In this document: piece after piece, positions 26,266 through 32,000 of the stretch
Layout of the letters: every line of letters begins with the position of its first letter
Numbering within the stretch: position 1 is the first letter of the stretch
Source: Cereibacter sphaeroides 2.4.1
GTDB lineage: Bacteria; Pseudomonadota; Alphaproteobacteria; Rhodobacterales; Rhodobacteraceae
Reading direction: 5' to 3'
Length of the DNA: 32,000 nucleotides
Assembly (NCBI RefSeq): GCF_000012905.2
Contig: NC_007493.2
Coordinates: 2,220,001-2,252,000, forward strand
Made by a program: the position numbers and the translations under genes
Notes under the pieces: model-generated
Seen by the model: only the letters and a program-made list of their open reading frames with translations
What the model was told of the DNA's origin: nothing
The model's database searches: none

Positions 26266-29103
26266 ATGATGCCTGCCTGGGCCGCGCGTCTCGGCGCGTC
26301 GCGCGATCAGCAGCGCGCGCTTGAGGAAGAGCGGAGCCGGACGCAGGCCGCACTTCAGGTCATGCCGCACATGCTGATCGAGCTGGACGCCGACGAACGG
26401 CTGCTGCGGGGGCATCCGGGCTGGCTCGACCGCCTGCCCACGCTCGGGCCCATGGCTCCGGGACAAGGGCTGCAGGACTTTCTGCCGGTCGACCTCGCGA
26501 CGGAGGTGCGCCGTGTGCTGGCCGAAGTCGAGACGACCGGCGCCCCGGTCAGCCGCGACTGGCAGGTGCGGCAGGCGGGCGCGCGCGTCTGGCTTGCGAT
26601 CTCTGCCGCGCGCCTGCCCCCGCTCGCGCCGGACAGGCGGCCCGGCCATGCGGTCATGATCTGCGACACGACCGAGCTGCACGCTCAGCGCAAGCAGGCC
26701 GACAGGCTGGGCAAGTTCGCCCAGCTCACCACCAACCTCGTGATCGTCACCGATCCCCACCAGCGCATCGAATGGGTGAATGCGGCCTTCGAACAGCAGA
26801 CCGGCCACTCGGGCCCGTCTGTGCGCGGCCAGCCGCTCTGCGCGGTGCTGCAGGGCGAGCCCGCGCCGGGCGGATGCGGCGATCGCCTGCGCGCCATGCT
26901 GGCCGAGGGTCGGACGGCACGGGCCGAGGTCGAGGCCACCGCCGCCTGCGGGCGCCGCTTCTGGCTCGATGTCTCGCTCCAGCCGCTTCTCGACGACGAG
27001 GGTGCGCTCGATGGCTACATGGCCGTGGCCAGCGACATCACCGCTCACAAGCGACAGGAGGAGCAGCTGGCCGCCATGGCGGCCGAAGCGCGCGCCACCC
27101 GGGCGCGGCTCGCGGCCGCCGTCGACGTCCTGCCGGACGGCTTCGCCTATTTCGACGCCGAGGACCGGCTCGTCGTCTTCAACCCTCAGTACCGCGATTG
27201 CTACCCCGGCGCCGCGGCGGCCATCGTGCCGGGCGCGAGTTTCGAGCAGATCCTCCGTCAGGCGGTGCAGTCCGGCGACATCCTCGAGGCGCGCGGCCGC
27301 GAGGAAGAGTGGTTGGCCGCGCGTCTCGCCGCCCACCACCGCGGCAGCAACCAGCAGGAGCAGCAGCTGGCCGACGGGCGCTGGCTGCGCGTGATCGAAC
27401 GGCAGACCCCTGACGGCGGCCGCGTGGGTCTCAGGGTCGATGTGACGGCGCTGAAACTGGCCGAACAGCGGACCCGCATCGACTTCTCGGCCACGATGGA
27501 CGCGTCGCAGGACGGGATTGCCTTCACCGATCCCGAAGGGCGCTACATCTACATGAACCCGGCCCACCGCGAGATGTTCGGCATCGCCACCGAGGACGAG
27601 ATCCTCGGCCGGTCCTGGCGCGAGCTCTATTCAGGCGACGTGGCCGACCATATCGCCACCACGGCCCTGCCCGCGCTGTTGAGCACCGGCGGCTGGCGCG
27701 GCGAGCTGATCGGCCGACGCCGCGACGGCAGCGACCTGCCGCAGGAGGTGTCGCTGACGCTCAAGGCGGACGGGGGGATCATCTGCATCTCGCGCGACAT
27801 CTCCAAGCGGCTGCGCGAGCAGCAGGAACGCATGCGCCTGCGCGAGGAGCTGCAGATGGCGCAGCGGCGCGAGGTCATCGGGCAGCTGGCCTCCGGCCTC
27901 GCGCACGACCTGAACAACCTGCTCGCGGCCATCGGCGGCTCGGCGCTGCTGATCCAGGAGATGCAGTCCGGCGCGGCCGAGGTCCATGCGCAGCGCATTC
28001 TGGCCGCGACCGAGCAGGCCGGGGCCCTCGTCCGCCGCTTCCTCACCCTCGGCAAGCGGCAGAGCAACCGCTCGCGCATCGACCTGTGCCCCCTCCTGCA
28101 GGAGGCGGCCGATCTGGTGCAGGCGGGCCTGCGCAACCGCACACGGCTCACCCTCGCGCTGCCCGATGCGCCGATCTGGATCGAGGCGGATCCGACCGAC
28201 ATCCTGCAGGTGGTGCTGAACCTCGTCATCAATGCGCGCGACGCGATCTCGACCGCGCCCCCGCGCGAGGGCGGCCACGAGATCAGCGTGACGCTCGCGC
28301 CGGCCGGGCCCGCTCAGCTCGTGCAGACCTACGCGGTGGGCGCGCCCTGCGCCGACCGGCGCTATGTCTCGATGACGGTCAGCGACAGCGGCCCCGGGAT
28401 CGAACCTGCGATGCAGGCCAAGGTGTTCCAGCCCTATTTCTCGACCAAGGGCGCCGCGGGCACCGGGCTCGGGCTCGCCATCGTGACGGGGGTGCTTACC
28501 GCCAACCACGGCGCCATCGCGCTGCAGAGCGCGCCCGGAGAAGGCACGCGCTTCACCGTGCTCTGGCCGGTCAAGCCGCCGGACGCGGCGGCCCCCTCCG
28601 ACGAGCCCGCGCCGCATTTCGCCCTGCCGGCCATCGCAGAGCCTGCCGCCTCCGCACAGACCTTCGCCTTGCCGGTCGCCGCAGAGCCCGCCCCGGGGCC
28701 GGAGATGCGGCCTGCCGGTCGCCTCGCCGGGCGCACCATCCTCGTGGCGGACGACAATGCCGATGTGCTGCGGGTGCTGGTGGCCTTTCTCGAGGGGGCG
28801 GGCGCCGAGGTCGTGCCCTGTTCGGATCCGCGCGACGCGCTGGCGGCCCTGCAGGACGACCCGCGGATCTGGGACCTGCTGGTGACCGACTACGACATGC
28901 CGCAGATTTCGGGGGCCGACCTCTGCCGCGCCGCCAATGACCTCGCGCCGGATCTTCCGGTGCTGCTCATCACCGCCCTGCCCGACTGGCGGAGCCGGAT
29001 CAGCGCTCCGGCGCCCCGCTTCACTGCCGAGCTCGGCAAGCCCCTCGGCCGCGCAACACTGCTCGACGCGGCCGAGCGCGCGATCGGCGCGAAGGCGGGC
29101 TAG
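26266..29103 (+). CDS. Multi-PAS hybrid sensor histidine kinase (PAS x about 4, HisKA, HATPase_c, REC)
   Basis: 945 aa with no evident TM segments. PAS-like modules are visible (VIVTDPHQRIEWVNAAFEQQTG; VLPDGFAYFDAEDRLVVFNPQY; QDGIAFTDPEGRYIYMNPAH). It has an H-box (LASGLAHDLNNLLAAI) and an ATPase domain (VLNLVINARDA, DSGPGI, GTGLGLAIV). A C-terminal receiver is present (ILVADDNADVL...LLVTDYDMPQISG). The start codon is approximate. Confidence 0.9.
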   Translation: MMPAWAARLGASRDQQRALEEERSRTQAALQVMPHMLIELDADERLLRGHPGWLDRLPTLGPMAPGQGLQDFLPVDLATEVRRVLAEVETTGAPVSRDWQVRQAGARVWLAISAARLPPLAPDRRPGHAVMICDTTELHAQRKQADRLGKFAQLTTNLVIVTDPHQRIEWVNAAFEQQTGHSGPSVRGQPLCAVLQGEPAPGGCGDRLRAMLAEGRTARAEVEATAACGRRFWLDVSLQPLLDDEGALDGYMAVASDITAHKRQEEQLAAMAAEARATRARLAAAVDVLPDGFAYFDAEDRLVVFNPQYRDCYPGAAAAIVPGASFEQILRQAVQSGDILEARGREEEWLAARLAAHHRGSNQQEQQLADGRWLRVIERQTPDGGRVGLRVDVTALKLAEQRTRIDFSATMDASQDGIAFTDPEGRYIYMNPAHREMFGIATEDEILGRSWRELYSGDVADHIATTALPALLSTGGWRGELIGRRRDGSDLPQEVSLTLKADGGIICISRDISKRLREQQERMRLREELQMAQRREVIGQLASGLAHDLNNLLAAIGGSALLIQEMQSGAAEVHAQRILAATEQAGALVRRFLTLGKRQSNRSRIDLCPLLQEAADLVQAGLRNRTRLTLALPDAPIWIEADPTDILQVVLNLVINARDAISTAPPREGGHEISVTLAPAGPAQLVQTYAVGAPCADRRYVSMTVSDSGPGIEPAMQAKVFQPYFSTKGAAGTGLGLAIVTGVLTANHGAIALQSAPGEGTRFTVLWPVKPPDAAAPSDEPAPHFALPAIAEPAASAQTFALPVAAEPAPGPEMRPAGRLAGRTILVADDNADVLRVLVAFLEGAGAEVVPCSDPRDALAALQDDPRIWDLLVTDYDMPQISGADLCRAANDLAPDLPVLLITALPDWRSRISAPAPRFTAELGKPLGRATLLDAAERAIGAKAG

Positions 29104-29115
29104 CGCCGCGAGGGA

Positions 29116-30543
29116 TCAGCAGAAGAGAAAATCCTCGGCATCGAGCGCTGTGGCCCGAACGTGCTGCAGCAGGATCGAGTCGGTCTCCGAGAACACGATC
29201 AGGGTGCCGCCGCCGACCTGACGCAGCTCGAGCGGGGCCGCATAGTCATGGATTTCCAGCCGGTCGCCGCCGTTGCCGACCCGGAAGTCGGTGATGACCT
29301 CGCGCCCGTATCCCGCGGCGAAGACGAACGTATCGGCCCCCGCCCCGCCGGTCAGCACATCGCGATCGATCCCGCCATCCAGACGGTCGTTGCCGGACCC
29401 CCCGACGAGCCGGTCGCTTCCGGTCCCGCCCGCCAGCCGATCATGGCCCGCGCCTCCGATCAAGGTGTCATGCCCGGTTCCGCCGTTCAGCACATCCGAG
29501 CCGTCGCGCCCCTCGAGCCGGTCATTGCCGCCGCCGCCCGACAGCCGGTTCGCGGCCCCGTTGCCCCACAGGACGTTCGCAAGCCCGTTGCCCGCCCCGT
29601 TGATCGCCGCCGTTCCCGTCAGCACCAGCCGCTCGACATGCGCCGCGAGCTGGTGGCTCACCGAGGCGCAGACGCGGTCCAGCCCCTCGCCTGCCCGCTC
29701 GACGACCTCGTCTCCTGCGTGATCGACGATGTAGGTGTCATTGCGCGTGCCGCCGATCATCCGGTCGGCCGCACCGCCGCCCCGCAGCGTGTCGTTGCCG
29801 CCGAACCCGTAGAGCAGATCCTCGCCGCTTGTGCCACGCAGGTCGTCTGCGCCGCCCTTGCCGAAGACCGTGCTGTCCGAGGGCAGCCGGATGTTCTCGA
29901 CATAGGCGGTCAGCCGGTCGGGCGGCTGCGCCATCTGCCCTGCCCAGGGCGTCAGCTCGGGCGGGGTCGCCCAGAGATCCGCGAGGCTCGCGAGCGGGCC
30001 CAGATCCCAGATGCCGCCCTCGACATGCTCCGGGCCGATCCGCGCCACGGTCCTGCCGTCGACCCGGAAGAAGGCGGCCTTCTCTGTCACCTCGATCTCG
30101 TAGACATGCGGCGCGTCGGCCGCGTCGAACCCGAGATCCACGATCATCGGCTGGCGGAGCGAGACGTGATGGCCCGCCCCGTCCTCGAAATGCACGGCGA
30201 GGTGGATTCGCGTCGTGTCGCCGCCCACGAACTCGATATCGAATTCCCGCCACGGCTGAACGCGATAATCGTCCTGATAGAGGAAGAGGCCGAAGACCGT
30301 GCCGTCGACCATGCGCGGCGCCTGGGCCATCCAGCTCCAGGAGCCGGTGGTGAAGGCGGCCTCGGACTGGAGCTCCCCGCCGAGCCAGGGCCGCGCGGCG
30401 CTGTCGTGCGACCGGTTCAGGATCAGGGCGATGCGCTCATCCTCGAGCAGCCGCACATTCTCGCCCGACCAGCTGGTCAGGTAGGATTGCCCGGCGTCCC
30501 AGGTGGAGACCAGAAAGTCCTTGCCGCCATGCCGAAGATACAT
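29116..30543 (-). CDS. Secreted GH16-family beta-glycanase with C-terminal RTX calcium-binding repeats (ExsH/ExoK-like)
   Basis: The N-terminal domain carries the GH16 catalytic motif EFDIEF (ExDxE) and a concanavalin-like context. The C-terminal half has about 12 GGxGxD nonapeptide repeats (GGAGHDRLAGGTGSDRLVGGSGNDRLDGG...) and no signal peptide, which suggests a type I secretion substrate. The track ORF starts at 30600. I prefer ATG 30543 (MYLRHGGKDF), which has GAGGGA upstream. Confidence 0.85.
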   Translation of the reverse strand: MYLRHGGKDFLVSTWDAGQSYLTSWSGENVRLLEDERIALILNRSHDSAARPWLGGELQSEAAFTTGSWSWMAQAPRMVDGTVFGLFLYQDDYRVQPWREFDIEFVGGDTTRIHLAVHFEDGAGHHVSLRQPMIVDLGFDAADAPHVYEIEVTEKAAFFRVDGRTVARIGPEHVEGGIWDLGPLASLADLWATPPELTPWAGQMAQPPDRLTAYVENIRLPSDSTVFGKGGADDLRGTSGEDLLYGFGGNDTLRGGGAADRMIGGTRNDTYIVDHAGDEVVERAGEGLDRVCASVSHQLAAHVERLVLTGTAAINGAGNGLANVLWGNGAANRLSGGGGNDRLEGRDGSDVLNGGTGHDTLIGGAGHDRLAGGTGSDRLVGGSGNDRLDGGIDRDVLTGGAGADTFVFAAGYGREVITDFRVGNGGDRLEIHDYAAPLELRQVGGGTLIVFSETDSILLQHVRATALDAEDFLFC

Positions 30544-30723
30544 CCGCCGGTCCCTCGTCCTTCCCTGCGGCGGGCGAGGCGACTCAACCCTGACGCGCAA
30601 TCCTGACTAGCGGTTCGGCAGGGCAGAAGAACGACAGGACTTCGACAAGGGGACATACTTACGGCAGGAGGGCTGTCCCATCTGGATGGGACGGCCGTCC
30701 TCCCGCGTTGCGGCGCCCGCGCG

Positions 30724-31737
30724 TCAGACGGGCACGGCCGGCACGGACCGGCCGGCGCGCACCGGCGGCGGCAGGCTCCGGCCCAGATGCCGCGCGAACC
30801 AGGCCGCCGTTTCGGGCAGGCCCTCGGACAGCGGGACCTGCGGCTCCCATCCGAGCAACCGCTTCGCCCGCCCGATGTCCGGCCGCCGGCGGCGCGGATC
30901 GTCCTCGGGCAGCGGCCGGTGAACGACGCCCGCGGCCGTGGGCACGAGGCTCTGCACCAGCGCCGCCAGTTCGGCAATGGTGAACTCGCCCGGATTGCCG
31001 AGGTTGACCGCGCCGTCGGGCGTCTCCTCGGCCTCCATCAAAGCCATGAGCCCCGCCACGAGATCCGAGACATAGCAGAAGGAGCGCGTCTGCTCGCCCG
31101 TGCCATAGACGGTCAGCGGCTCGCCCCGCAGCGCCTGCACGAGAAGGTTCGACACGATCCGCCCGTCATCGGGGCGCATGTGCGGCCCGTAGGTGTTGAA
31201 GATGCGCGCCACCCGCACGTCCGCCCGTTCGCGGCGGCTGTAGTCGAAGCAGAGCGTCTCGGCTGCGCGCTTGCCCTCGTCGTAACAGGCGCGCGAGCCG
31301 GTGCAACTCACGTTGCCGCGGTAGTCCTCGGGCTGCGGATGGATCTCGGGATCGCCGTAGACTTCCGACGTCGAGGCCTGCAGGAAGCGCGCGCCATGGG
31401 CCTCGGCCAGGGCCAGAAGGTTCCCTGTGCCCACCACGTTCGTCATCATCGTATGGACCGGGTCGGCCTGATACTGGGGCGGCGAGGCGGGGCTGGCGAG
31501 GTTATAGACCCGCTCGACCGTCTCGCTCAGCCGGATCGGCTCGACCACGTCCTGCCGGATGAGGCGGAAGTCGCGGAAGGTGCAGAGCGCCTGCACATTC
31601 TCCATCGAGCCGGTCAGGAAGCTGTCGAGGCAGAGCACGCGATGGCCCTGCCGCAGCAGCGCCTCGCAGAGATGCGAGCCGACGAAGCCCGCACCGCCGG
31701 CCACGAGGATGGTGGTCTGTGCGGTTCTCCTGAGCAT
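30724..31737 (-). CDS. UDP-glucuronate decarboxylase (UDP-xylose synthase), SDR family
   Basis: 337 aa with a Rossmann motif (VAGGAGFVGSHL) and a catalytic YDEGKR (YxxxK). Strong overall resemblance to UXS/ArnA-decarboxylase-type enzymes (STSEVYGDP, RIFNTYGPHM, GEQTRSFCYVSDLV). Confidence 0.9.
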   Translation of the reverse strand: MLRRTAQTTILVAGGAGFVGSHLCEALLRQGHRVLCLDSFLTGSMENVQALCTFRDFRLIRQDVVEPIRLSETVERVYNLASPASPPQYQADPVHTMMTNVVGTGNLLALAEAHGARFLQASTSEVYGDPEIHPQPEDYRGNVSCTGSRACYDEGKRAAETLCFDYSRRERADVRVARIFNTYGPHMRPDDGRIVSNLLVQALRGEPLTVYGTGEQTRSFCYVSDLVAGLMALMEAEETPDGAVNLGNPGEFTIAELAALVQSLVPTAAGVVHRPLPEDDPRRRRPDIGRAKRLLGWEPQVPLSEGLPETAAWFARHLGRSLPPPVRAGRSVPAVPV

Positions 31738-31798
31738 GACTGCCTCCGTTGTCCCGGCGCCACCTGCGCCCCGTCACCGCCTACCGTCCCAGGGCGCC

Positions 31799-32000
31799 TC
31801 AGGCCGCCGCCGCCCGCAGATCCCGCAGCGCCGCCGCCAGCTCGCGGGCCCGGGCCCGGCCCGTGTGCTGCGCGAGCACCCGCCGCCGGGCCGCAAGCCC
31901 TATGGCGCGCCGCGCCTTCTCGCCCATCGTGCCGAGGATCTCGACCACCTCCTCCGTGCCGTGTGCGATGCAGATCGCCTCTCCGTCCGGCAGAAGCTCA
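31799..32000 (-). CDS. Glycosyltransferase-like protein, C-terminal fragment only (CgeB/GT1-like tail)
   Basis: Hand translation of the minus strand ends ...LPDGEAICIAHGTEEVVEILGTMGEKARRAIGLAARRRVLAQHTGRARARELAAALRDLRAAAA* (stop 31799-31801). The pattern resembles C-termini of CgeB-type/GT1 glycosyltransferases. Only 67 codons are visible. Confidence 0.4.
   Translation of the reverse strand, partial: ELLPDGEAICIAHGTEEVVEILGTMGEKARRAIGLAARRRVLAQHTGRARARELAAALRDLRAAAA

Noticed and set aside
25210-27567. 785-aa minus-strand ORF opposite the response regulator and hybrid kinase; similar cases at 20847-22499, 22572-23855, 23900-24943, 5007-6281, 5702-6853 and 27631-28617
   Set aside because: They are antisense shadows of well-supported plus-strand genes, with no motifs and a biased composition.
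29330-29620. Imperfect tandem repeats of about 27 bp at the nucleotide level
   Set aside because: They are the coding image of the RTX GGxGxD nonapeptide repeats of the GH16 protein on the minus strand, not an independent repeat element.

Overview
This is a very GC-rich alphaproteobacterial chromosome segment. Gene order and protein sequences look Rhodobacter/Cereibacter sphaeroides-like. Almost the whole window is one well-known system: a complete uptake [NiFe]-hydrogenase regulon in the order hupT-hupU-hupV-hypF / hupS-hupL-hupE-hupC / hupD-F-G-H-J-K-hypA-hypB-hupR-hypC-hypD-hypE (5031-24961, all on +). On the left flank is a hexuronate catabolism locus: a TRAP transporter, uxaC, a GntR regulator and kdgK. 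On the right flank are a rhodanese, a LuxR-type response regulator and a multi-PAS hybrid kinase, then a minus-strand polysaccharide block (GH16-RTX glycanase, UDP-glucuronate decarboxylase, glycosyltransferase fragment). I found no rRNA, tRNA, CRISPR array, transposase, integrase or recognisable defence system. I cannot honestly point to a clearly undescribed multi-gene system. The observations most worth a second look are: (1) a perfect (GCTTCG)n hexanucleotide microsatellite at the hupV/hypF junction, in frame with a translationally coupled hypF start; (2) two genes, kdgK and hupC, whose frames break inside C8 and C9 homopolymers; (3) an unusually long, lower-GC hupC-hupD spacer with a strong terminator hairpin; (4) a HupR activator whose AAA+ motifs are visibly degenerate; (5) the uncharacterised rhodanese/RR/hybrid-HK module abutting hypE. 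Many long ORFs in the track are antisense or alternate-frame artefacts of the high GC content and were rejected.
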